Shown here: in pieces, positions 52,011-64,000 of the stretch
Layout: every line of letters starts with the position of its first letter
Numbering within the stretch: the first letter of the stretch is position 1
Assembly (NCBI GenBank): GCA_012295275.1
Contig: CM022670.1
Coordinates: forward strand, 11,718,001-11,782,000
Direction of reading: 5' to 3'
Source of the DNA: Chrysomallon squamiferum
Taxonomy: Eukaryota; Animalia; Mollusca
DNA: 64,000 nt
Position numbers and translations under genes: made by a program
Notes under the pieces: model-generated
What the model saw: only the letters and a program-made list of their open reading frames with translations
The model's database searches: none
Told to the model about the DNA's origin: nothing

Positions 52011-53162
52011 TGCATGTTGTAAATATGGCCATCGCCAGTCTAATTGGACTGCCCAATACTGATTTCTATATAAGTAATTTAAGTACGCTTTAGGGTGCTT
52101 TTAAACAGGCTGTTTCATCTTCAGCAATTACCCACAGCTTATATTATATAATATGTACATTAGGGTAAATATTTATTATAACCAATTACTTTATTTGCCT
52201 TTGGCTGAAAACGAACAAGTAAATGTCCACAATATTCAGTGATTTTATAAATGTGTAAGTTTCTGTTATGTGTAATAGCCGTATCAACACAGGAAGAATG
52301 TGGAACAGAAAAAAAAAATTTTTCGTGTTTTACAAAAACAACAATAAGAAATTAAATAAATAAATGAATTAACATTCGTTGTAACTGAATACACAATTTA
52401 TTCATATAGCTGGGATAATTTTGACAAATGACGAGACGTTTTACGCAATGCAACAGTGCTCTGAGTACATTCGGTTTAACCTTTGCATTTTATCTTATGC
52501 ATATGACGTCACTTGTAACATAAGGGAGAATACTACTGACATACTCAAAGAAAGAAGGCGCGTCTCATAATTATAGTCTGTTTCGTTTTTTCTATTTCTT
52601 TGTTTTTTTTCTTTTACAGCAGCTGGTTTATTTTCCTTTTCTTTTCTTATTCATTTTTTTTTTTTATTTTTTTTTTTGCTGGATGTTGTACACTCCTTCG
52701 ATAATTTCATACAACCAAGCTGTCATCATATAATAAATTTTAATTATTATACGAAATAACCTGTTTAAAATAAAAAACATTATTTAACAAATCTAAATTG
52801 TTTATTTGTTTTTACAAGAGAAAGATGTTGTTCGAACATGATCAGAAATTATATACTCCGTCTATCATATAAATAATATGTAATATGAAATTTTAATTTA
52901 TATATTGTATTCAGAAATTAATAACCTTATGGACGATTTCAAATCAAACCAAAAGAAAATTGCAATAAACCGTGAATCATTTGTGATACCATTTCACATA
53001 ATTATATATATATATATTTTAAATCTTTTTATTTAAAAATATACACAGTATATTTCTCAAACAAACTGGACTGTTACGTCAGCGAATACGTCATATCCAG
53101 TGGAGGATTTAGACCTTGGGGTAGGGGGAGGTGTCTCAATGTAGAAATAAAATTACATGACA

Positions 53163-53193
<31 letters not shown>

Positions 53194-53493
53194 AATGAAT
53201 GATCAATCGAATTTCTTCGAAAAATATATGTTAGGTTCCGGAGAATATGACTAATAACAATAACAATAAGAATAATTTTGAATGCTATTTTTCAGTTTGT
53301 AATAATATTATAGGTCATAGTGGTACAAATTACTGGCGATCACATAAAATGAAGAGTTTGTTAAATTAGGCTCATCACTGTTAAGTTTTATTTTGTTTTA
53401 TAAGACATTGATTATTGAATTCATACTAAATAATAGTCGAACCAAAGAACAAAGAAGTAGGCTATATCTTTTTCCGTTTCTATTCACTATAAG

Positions 53494-53533
<40 letters not shown>

Positions 53534-55126
53534 GATTGACTCTCGGTGAAAATGCATAACAGATAGTGTACCACAGCAAGTTAAAAACGTATTTTTGGCA
53601 AATTTTCTTTTTAAGTCATGTACATTTCTTTCATCATTTTCATGCTACTTTATGCCATTTAATATTATATACATATATATATATATATCAAATTATTTTT
53701 TTGATTAACATATTTGTAATCGTTCTCAATATTTATAGTTATTTAAAGGGAGAGAGGGAGTCACCGCTTTGAAACTGAGTCTCCCGGCACCTTTCTTTTT
53801 ACATCTTGATGCCTCCGATATATATCTAACTTTCATAATTATTATAACTACTAGTAATATTTTTTTTTCGCTCAGTCGTTTGTTTATTTGTTAGATTATT
53901 TATAATATTAAAAAGTTTCAGCATCTTCAGTGAAAATTTCAGATTAATGTAATTTTAAGACAATTTCATTTCATGCTCTAATAAAAAGAATACGTATACG
54001 TGGTATTTTTAAAACTGTTGTTTAGGTCACTTAACCAGGATGAGACTGGGTCTGAGAATCGATCTGTCATAGATTTCACTTTTCCTATTTAAAATTAATT
54101 TGTCGAAGCGTGTTAGGCATTTTTCTTCAATGAAATTAAGTGAATCGTGGTCAGCTTTACAGTGCCCCCCAGTCACACATTTTAGTCTCGGTTTTACGTC
54201 AGAAACTCGAAACAAGACTGCAGTTACCGTGTGTCATTTCTGATACGATTTGCACGAGAAGGTCTTTTACTTCGCTTTACTACACGTGTTGCATTAAGAG
54301 CACATTTCATATTTTCTCTTTTGTTGACAACTAGATCTGCCTCTAGAAAACTGGACATGAACAGATTTTAAATTTAATAGGTTAAATTGGTATAAAATAA
54401 AATCTCATTTTCGGAAGTCGGTGTTCAGATTTATTGTAAACGTTATGATTAGTTAGATAAACCATTCAGTGGTTGGGCTGCTCGGATTAGTTAGCAAGTT
54501 AAACATACATTTATAATACATACAAGTTCTCTGTTATATACAGGACAGCTTTCATTTTTTTTTTTTCTCACTAACTTCACACTGTTATATAGTTTGTCAA
54601 AAACATCTGAAATAGTGAAGACATTGCCATCTAGCTTGATTCTGTCTAATTATGTCTCCAAGAGACTGTTCAGGTATCCAACGCCTCTGTTATTAATTGG
54701 CCAGTACTGTTTGAATTCTGTTTCACTTGGAAAATTTGTTTGACCTCGAAGAGGTTTTCCTTTGGCTGTAAGACCCAGAAAGTTCGCCGATGTAAACAAA
54801 GACGTATATAACATTTGTCCCCATAAATTAATGCAGATATCTTTTTGAGTTTTATTTATGTTTATTGTATGAAAACATTCAGGTTTCAGAATCATAACAT
54901 AGCTTTTCTTAATAAGATGAAATCTGGCAGAGCCTGCGAGTCGATTGTCTTGAGGACGCAAGACCTTGGCAGAATTTCTCCGTGGAATCGGTTGGAACAT
55001 GTATCCGTTTAAACAACACACATTGAAAAAAAACAAAAAACATTCATAAAAACTCTCAGTGACAAAATCTTTCATTTCCTAATATGTTGTTTTCTATTAA
55101 AAGCTTTCGAAGATGTACATATATCT

Positions 55127-55161
55127 TCTCAGCTAATTCTTGACCATCACTTACTGAATTT

Positions 55162-55206
<45 letters not shown>

Positions 55207-55320
55207 AGGTAGTGTCGTGAATGAAAACATTTCTAAGTTGATTCTGATAATATCTAAAAAAAACAACAAAAAAAAAAAGGATCGAGAATTCAATAAGTGA
55301 TGGTCAATAATTAGCTGAGA
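55127..55320. mobile_element. Foldback / MITE-like element with 34-bp inverted repeats
   Basis: tctcagctaattcttgaccatcacttactgaatt (55127-55160) and aattcaataagtgatggtcaataattagctgaga (55287-55320) are reverse complements with 2 mismatches. No target-site duplication seen. Confidence 0.65.
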
Positions 55321-57161
55321 CTGACAGTAAAACTAACACCAAAACAATTACTGTTTTCATGTGACGTCATTACTGTTGTTTTTCCACCATCTTACTTCCA
55401 CAATGATAAAATCCAATCATATATTACTACACTTGACAAACCTACGGCTTGGTTTCCAAATGAAAACAACAAAACTTTCTTTTATACATAGTTTTCTTGA
55501 CTGGCTAAGAACTAATATGATAAAAAATTTCAGATCTTGAAATATGCTTTAGCGGTAGTTAGTCATGTTATTTCTATATTACTATTAGGCAGGTAAGCAC
55601 ACTCTGGGAAAATTCAAACAATCCAATGACGTCAGAGAAAACAACAATAATTGTCCATTTCCAAAGATATCCCAGTATGCAACGCGTCAGGATCATTCTT
55701 GATACCATAACCCATGTGGTAGGATATATATATATAAGATTTTATAAGTAGTTATATAGTTTTGCATGACATTAATTCTGTGACTATTAATAAATAAATA
55801 TATATATATATATATAAAATTTAAGTTTTGTTTAAGACAAGCAGCGGATTTATTGAAAGTTTTTTTTTTAAAGTCAGGCAGTGTATAGACAGTCATCTTT
55901 GTTATCGTGATTAAGGACAATTACAAATGCAACCACTTTACGTGGTCACTTAACAAATTCAGCATGGAGGTGCTCAACACACTGAACTGCACACACACAG
56001 GAAGTTCGCCGCATTAGGTATTTCATCCTCTTAATTCTCAAGGCTCCAGTCACAGTGACGTATTGTGTTTATGTAATTAGGCGTGTTTTTAACACTGATG
56101 CGGAAAATTGCAGTATCTATATATCATACACACATACATAAATACATGCACACATATATATATAGACATACACATACACACACACACAACATACATATAC
56201 ACACACACATGCACACTCATATTAAAAAGAAGAAATGTCGTATCTTATACTGAACACAAATATCACCGTAGCAGTAAGTATCGAAGTAATTAGGCTAGCA
56301 AAGACATTACACGCGGCGTATTTGAAACGAGAATAAATCCACCAGGTATTACTGTGCGGAGCTTCACTTCGCGACTTTTGTTTGTCTAGATGAGGTGAGT
56401 CCGAGTTCACGACCCAGTTTAGCGTGGCCAGCTACAGCGCTTCTTGTCAGTCAGCACTCAAGGCCTGGCATGACCCACTTGGCTTCATTACAGTCTGTAG
56501 ACTATTTCCCATACTGCCTTGCAGAGGTCGTTGACCTGTTCGCACTTTTAAAACGATTCTAAAAGAGCGATACGCCGCATGTTGTATTTTTATTAACTGC
56601 TGCGACAGGAGTCCGGCACTGCCAGGTATGACAATAACCACGGGCATGACGCCGTGATGGATTACGTAATAAAAGTGGATTTGTCCGTTGCTAAGACTGG
56701 ATGGATCTTTGCATACGAAATAATGTAACTGTATTGTTCTTGTACCATGTGTATAACTAAAAAAATTAAAATTAACATAATGAAAATTTTTAAAGTGAAA
56801 CTCATAATAGGTGTAAAATAGTCATATTATAATGCATTCTTTGCATTCAGTGGGTTTTATTTATTTATTTATTTATTTTTTTTTTTTTTAAATTTCACAT
56901 TTATAACTAATGTTTAAAAATTCGGGTTATTATTAACTGGATTTTATTTTATTAATAAGAAACAATAATATTAATTTTAAAAAATCATTTAAAATGATTT
57001 TCATTTAATATTTTTTACTGCAGGGAAATAGTATAATAAAACTGTTGTTTCTTTGTACCGGGTTCGTTATATGACAGTCGCAAATACAACCGGATACAGT
57101 TCTAGACAAACATTATTAACTCTCTCCTGACTGTGTCATTAGTCGGTTATTTGAATCAACT

Positions 57162-57163
<2 letters not shown>

Positions 57164-57228
<65 letters not shown>
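57164..57228. repeat. (TC)n microsatellite
   Basis: Direct reading. Confidence 0.95.
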
Positions 57229-57232
<4 letters not shown>

Positions 57233-58284
57233 GTACATGTGAGTATATTTTTGTAATTTCAGTCTAAGAGTTAAAAATAGTTCATTAAGTGAAACATTAG
57301 GTTGGAATGGCAGACATTTTGCAGAATGCGTAATCACGTGGCTACTGTTTTGGCAATAATGCTATCGTCTGCGTCATGACTGACACATATATAATAGTCC
57401 AGTCTCACTCCTAATCAAATACCTCACGTCTTGTCACCGTATGCAGGTCGCTGAATGAAAGACACACATAAAATATAAATAAATAAATGAACAAAAATAA
57501 CAATAAATGAGAATAAAACATAAATAAATAGTTAAATATATAGTAATAATAATGATTGATAAATAATCACAACAACAACAACATCAATGATGATAATAAT
57601 AATGATACTAAATAATAATAATAATAATAATAATAATACCAACATAAAAAAAATATCACAAGTTTACAATAGCAACAAAATCTTACATACCTAAAAAATG
57701 AAAAAAACAAACAAAAAAAAGGTCAATAATAATAAAATAGAATTAGTTGTTTATAGAGTACGTTGTTTCATGTACACACTGTCTAGCCCAGCACACAGGT
57801 TATTGTGGACTGCAGAAAGTGGTGACGTGTTATTTGACGTCGATGACATTTTTACTGGGAGTGATTACAGTCGGGCAGCAGATGTAAATATTCAAGTATG
57901 AATGTGTTTCAGACTGTGTGTACGTATACTCAGACATGTTTGTGTTGCATTAAGAGGCGCTTTAAACAACGGTAACAACGTTAGGATTCAGAATTTATAT
58001 AATTATTTTCATCCAGTTTTTCCATTTGCATGTGTAATTACTAATGCGGGTGTCTTGTCACTTCGTTGCAGTGTAGATGTAGATGCCGACACAAACAATC
58101 TGTTTTGTGATTCCTGTATTCTCTGGTGAATAATGTTGTTTATGAAATCCTGAACCAAATTTTACCCTGGTCATATTTCATGGCTAATATACAGCTAGGA
58201 AACCACGTAAGCTCATCTGTCTACTGAAGGCCGTCACAAAAATCCCCAAGATAAACAAATTGAAAAAAATCCAAAACAAAAACA

Positions 58285-59200
58285 TACAGAAGTCATTATC
58301 TTAACTGTGATCCAGACTTTTTGTAGCTGTGTTGTACAAACGTCAAGTAATTTATCCAAGAAATTTTAACATACAATTATTTTCCCGATGACCTTAGATC
58401 CAGATTAACATAAAACTGACGATATTCCTTTATTCCTTAATGACCATCTCAAAAACGATCTTTCTTTGATTTTTGCCAAGCAAATTATCTGTACAGTTGT
58501 AACTTCCTTATTAAGAAGCATTTCGCATTTAATGCTTAAGGCTGGAAGTGTCATGGATTTTGGAATATAACGAGATAGCTTCAGGATGGGATCAAAGTTT
58601 AAATAGGAAATCCATTTTATTAGATTGTTTTTCTAGACAGCAGCCACCGTAAGTTCTTCCCAAAGTGAACGTAATTTATATTTAAACTGTGACGACTGTG
58701 TTATTAAGGATACTCTTTCAAAAGGCTGATGATTGATTGATTTAGAGTAATTTTGGGACATTCCATCCATAAGGTGTATCAGTTAGTTAGATCGCTGAAG
58801 ACGCCTTCAGTTATTCAGTGCTTAGATTTTTACATTATTTAACCTAAAAATGCAGTCTGCACAGGAGAAGTCAGTACTGTTTAACGTTTCAATAACGTTA
58901 TAATTTTTGCTAAAACATAACAGTATTATGTTGTCTCAGCGATGCAAAAACCTCAACAACTTAATGATTTTTTATTTTTTCAAAATATTCTTCTATCTGC
59001 TTACAATCATCTTTACCGAATACGTTTTTTTTTTTTTTTGCAACATCATTAATTACGTTCACGCTAACATTGCTAAAACTATTCATAACATAAGCGTTTG
59101 GATCAGTAACGCATTCTGAAACCAGCAGCTAGCCTACAATGATCCATTATCAAACAAATCATCAAAATTGTTCTCCACGATCATCTCAGGTTAATGTTCT
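58285..59200 (-). pseudogene. Possible decayed coding relic of unknown family (probably transposon-derived)
   Basis: Minus-strand frames give protein-like, stop-poor stretches, e.g. SECVTDPNAYVMNSFSNVSVNVINDVAKKKKNVFGKDDCKQIEEYFEKIKNH*, and a ~160-codon frame from 58770 with 3 stops. No recognisable domain. Confidence 0.3.
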
Positions 59201-59482
59201 GGTTTGCTAGGCTTTTGTTTGCCAAACTCTTGACCTCATATTATCAGTGAGCACACATTGTATTAATCAGTTATTACAAATACAAAAAGCTTTTCAAAGA
59301 GAAACACAACAGCTTTCCAGTTAACTTAGTTTCAACAGAGATACTTCTTGCATGGCGGTTCGACTCTGACCCTGACATGGAGGAAAGCAGGTTAGTAAAC
59401 ATTTCAACACAAACATCATGTTTATGGTTTGTCTTCAATCTTCACCAGCTAGCAGCTCCTGGCTTTCGGCGATGGTGAAAAC

Positions 59483-59960
59483 TTAAAAATTTAACACATA
59501 CACAGAACGCGATAAAAAGATAAAGTTTTACTCGTACGCAGAACGCGATACAATTTTCAACACGTACACAGAACGCTATAAACATTTAACACATACACAG
59601 AACGCGATAAAACATTTTACGCATACACAGAACGCTATAAAAATTTAACACATACACAGAACGCTATAAAAATTTAACACATACACAGAACGCGATAAAA
59701 AGATAAAGTTTAACTCACACACAGAACGCGATACAAATGTTAACACATACACAGAACGTGATAAAAATTTTACGCATACACAGAACGCTATACAAATTTA
59801 ACACATACACAGAACGCTATAAAAATTTAACACATACACAGAATGCGATAAAAATTTAAATACATACACAGAACGCTATAAATGTCTAAAACAATTTTAA
59901 CGCATACATAGAAAGCGGTAAAACGTTAAATTTTAACACCTACACAGAAAGCGACATACA
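59483..59960. repeat. 29-bp minisatellite, about 15-16 copies
   Basis: Unit aaatttaacacatacacagaacgc(t/g)ataa; period 29 measured from 59641 to 59670. Two longer variants carry an agataaa insert. Confidence 0.95.
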
Positions 59961-60009
59961 ATGCCATATACCCCCAAAAAATATATAAAATGTGGTTCTT
60001 ACTAGTGAA

Positions 60010-60339
60010 TAATTTCGCATTTACAGAATATGATAGTGACTGCTGAATAATAATATACACTCAAAATGTAATGCTAGTTATGGCGTAAACTTAAATTTCA
60101 TAGACACATAATCAGTTAAAGACAACGTTGAAAACTAAAATTTCACACAGGCACAATTAATTATGGGCTGCGCAGAAAACACTGATGTTACAAGATGTGA
60201 CACTGACAGTAAAAAATTTCACATAAAAAAATGGGATACTGACTGATAAAATCCTAAATTTTACATATTCAAAATAAAATTACTAACAAATAAAAAATGT
60301 AAATTTCACGTGCACAAAGTATGATGCTGACGGTGTGAC

Positions 60340-60370
<31 letters not shown>

Positions 60371-60420
60371 GTGCACAAAATATGATGCTGACTGGCAAAA
60401 ATTATAAATTTCACAGGTTA
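60010..60420. repeat. Degenerate aaatttcac...gatgctgac repeat
   Basis: aaatttcac-like starts at ~60139, 60214, 60257, 60301, 60362 and 60407. The 60301 and 60362 copies are near-identical. Confidence 0.6.
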
Positions 60421-60978
60421 AAAAAAAAGTGATATAATTTTTTTTTTTTTTATTTTTTTTAAAGTAAAATTATTTCAGACTTTGATTTATTGATTGATTT
60501 GCTGACGTAGACAGACTGAGTTACTGTTCAATCTGCAGGCTACAAACGAGAGTGAAATATTAGGGTAATGGGCTGTCAGAACCATACTCTGCTCCTAAAA
60601 CAATAAACCATCGTGTCAGATGCGGTTTCTTTCAGGCTATTCGTTACATAACGTTACAGACAACGTAATGTATAACAGCTACAGGTATAAATTATAGCTG
60701 TGACAAAACGTATTGAACAATTTACGTGTGGTCTTTTTTTTTTTCTTTTTGTTTTCTTTTTTACAATTTTCAAGGTTACTGAATTTCCTAGTTCTTAAAA
60801 ATTAAAACCAGTAAAAGCCCTTTCTAATGTGTGTTAACAACAAATTTTATTGTAAGAAATTGTATAATTTTGTTTCTTTTTAAAAATTATTTTATTTGAA
60901 TAATTTAAAACAGTTACGTTTTCAATCTAAAAACAAAAAATACATGTATTTCTTTATTGGATTTCCTTTTACTTTTTG

Positions 60979-60979
<1 letters not shown>

Positions 60980-61035
<56 letters not shown>
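60980..61035. repeat. (TG)n microsatellite
   Basis: Direct reading. Confidence 0.95.
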
Positions 61036-61036
<1 letters not shown>

Positions 61037-61456
61037 TTGTTTGCATACTTTATGTTTTAATTGTGTGGTCTTTTGTGTTGGTTTTTTCATTAGTTCTTTT
61101 TTTCTTAATACGCAAACCTTTGACTTTTAATATTCCTGTTTATAATTTATAAAATTATCTCAAGAGGTTGCTCAGTCTTTAAATCATTTTAAGTTTTATT
61201 TGTGCCTGTGTGTATTAGAGAAACAGTAACAGTAATAATAATTTATTAATTATTTGGTGATGCATTCTGAAATATGTACTGGAAAATTTATGTTAAAATA
61301 ACAATAGTGAAATCTAAATATAAACTTTTATACCATTTAATTTTAATTGGTTTGTTATTAAGACCATTTATGACGAGTACAAAATTTGATAATTTTCATA
61401 CAGATCGTGTTTTTGGTTCATAATTTAAAATAAAAGATCAATAGTTATTGAATATC

Positions 61457-61502
<46 letters not shown>

Positions 61503-61961
61503 TTTAATATTAAAAATATTCATTTAGTACCATCTGAACTATGCGTGTTAGAAAGACATCGAACTTAGAATCACTATTGTGAACATCAGTTAGCCATGTG
61601 TACAGAAATACTTCAAATTCTGTGCTACTTATAAGACGTAAGTATGTTTATTTTTACTAATTTGGAATTGTGTAGCCAGGTGACTTACAAAAAGTTACAT
61701 ATTTCACCTAATTTTCTGAACGTATATATATAAAATTTCCTTAACATGGATTCCTTTCATCTTAAGGATTAAATAAAGACGTGAAATGAGGTGAAATCTT
61801 CAAGTTATGCAATGACTCAAGATTTATGTAGCCTTTGTTTAAAAATTGTTTTAGATGTAATCTGTGTGGGTTTGCTGACGTCACGTTTCAGCAGTCTCAA
61901 CATTCCACACTGGGATGCCCCAATATATAATATTTACTTCTGGGAGTTTTCTGTCCCAACT

Positions 61962-62420
61962 CATTATTATTATTATTGCTGTTGTTGTTTTTGTGGTTGT
62001 TGTTGTTGTTGCTGTTGTTATTATTACTGTCATTGTTATTGTTGTTGTTGTTATTATTATTATTAATATTATTATAGTATAATTATTCAAATTATTATTA
62101 TGATTATATAAAGAAAATAATATAAAAGTTGATTTCTAGCAGCAACAACCAAAATAAAGTAAAAAAATTTAAAGTTGGTTTTGTGATAATATTTTCTCAC
62201 AATTATAATTATAGTGACATATGAATCAAAATGTCGATCTTTAAAAAAAAGATTTTTATGCAGGAACATTTTTCATATCCATTGTCTCAAAACTGGGTTC
62301 TAGTCACACTGAAATTTCCCCAAACTGAACAATTGCCATTGTCCTGTGATTTTTCAAGTATCTGAAAATATATGAAGCTGAACAGCACTCCAAGCAAACT
62401 TATTAATCTTGTCTCAACAA

Positions 62421-62457
<37 letters not shown>

Positions 62458-62520
62458 ACTATTATTATTATTATCATTGTATTTATTATTATTATTATTA
62501 TTACTATTATTATTACTAAC
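61962..62520. repeat. (TAT)n/(GTT)n trinucleotide tracts
   Basis: Two tracts, at 61962-62066 and 62421-62517. Confidence 0.85.
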
Positions 62521-64000
62521 TGTTATTAGCTTTAAACATTTTGAGATGAACTGTACAGTGACACTGATTTAAAAAAGTTTCGTTGTAACGAAGTTCTGTG
62601 AAGTTACCGTTACTTCTCTCTCAGTGTGTATTCTACTAACGGTAGTTTTGAACAGATTATGTTCAGTCTGTTTAGGTTATCTGCTTTAGACCAGTTTATT
62701 TAGGTTATCTCTTTGTTCATGAGAACTTCCCGTGTTTTAACGTCCGTGACACACCCTTCAGTCACCCATCAGCACTACCACATACCTAACAATACCTGTA
62801 TTTACCTGTTGCAGGTAACAGATACATTTATTTCAGGTAAGGTCTGTCAACAACAGGTGACTCTGCGGGTATTGTTCCTTCTTTCATCTGTGAGTTTACA
62901 CTCTGATAATGAATTAGTATTTACAATATATTGAATTCTCATGTACACACTGTTATCCTGGCTGGTCGTTCAGTCTGAGATAAAGTGTGTAGGGCTACAA
63001 GTTTAGACCCGATAAACATCTTTGTAATTTAATATATTTATTGTTATTTTGAAGAAGAAAAACCCCCATCTCTTTATCACTTGTTACAAATGACAAAAAC
63101 AGTATTTTTTTTTTTTTTTTTACCCATATTAAATTTGACAGGTGAAAGAAATATTTTCCTCATCACATCAGCATGATGTAAGTAAATAGCGTATAATTTC
63201 CTTATTGATAGGAATATCCACACAAGAGCTATTTAATTTTTTTTTTTTGAATTGTATTTTTATTTTTTTTTTTTTTTTATCATTGACTGATGGTAAGATT
63301 GATTCTGTGATTGTAGTGTCCTGTTCATGTTTGGACATGTTCCAAGTCTGGACACCTGGGTTTATCAGTCTTGTTACGTGTTTTATCACATCTGGTACAA
63401 AATAAATAATTCACAGTGAAATATTCAACAAACTTTCTGTGTGATGTGTACACAGTATTTTCTACTATTACAGTAGTAAAAATAAGTACCAACAGAAAAA
63501 AAGAAACATACACAGTGTGTCTCAGAATGAGGTTTGTAGATGTAAGGGCTGTTACCCCAGGATTTCAGGGTGTGAATACAACAGACATGACAAAAAAAAT
63601 TTCAGCTGTTTCTTCACATTAGTATTTATTATATTGACATTGCAGAGCAGTAATCTATCTCTCAGATAGTTTTTTTTTTTTTTTTTTTTTTTTTTTTCTG
63701 TTGAAAATTAATAATAAAGATTCTGAAGATTTTCAACTTTTTCATTTAATGTTTCCTTTAAAAGATGATTTGATTGTTTTAAAATTTAAAAATATAAAAA
63801 TTCATTTGAAATATAAAATAACTACAATGTGGGAAGAACACTGTTAGTTTATATTAATAAATGGTCTTCCTTAAAAAATCTGTTACAGTTATCTTTCAGT
63901 ATTTTAATTAAGGAGAATAAATTTTAATTAGTTAATTAGTTGACCACAAAACCAGTCTGTCTGTCTGTCTGTCTCTGTGTGTGTGTGTGTCTTTTTGTAA

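Noticed and set aside
54158-54220. TA-CAGTGCCCCCC as a Tc1/mariner terminal repeat
   Set aside because: I could not find a matching opposite terminus or any transposase remnant in the window.

Overview
AT-rich, microsatellite-rich animal genomic DNA, most likely a mollusc (gastropod-like, judged from the Myc protein and a remembered SINE family). The only protein-coding gene I can support is a single Myc orthologue on the + strand. Its core CDS is 43093-43603 joined to 43788-44416 (379 aa) and carries MB0, MBI, MBII, MBIIIa, MBIIIb, MBIV and a bHLH-LZ. A probable upstream exon ending at 42445 supplies an in-frame, weak-context AUG (42380) that would give a 402-aa long isoform, and it is preceded by uORFs. 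About 40 kb upstream and 20 kb downstream are gene-poor. They contain minisatellites, SINE and MITE fragments, decayed ORF relics, CpG-retaining islands, motif clusters that look like enhancers, and possible non-coding exons. I found no clearly novel multi-gene system. The best leads are myc translational and 3' UTR control and the regulatory desert around the gene. No database searches were run; family assignments come from motif recognition and memory.
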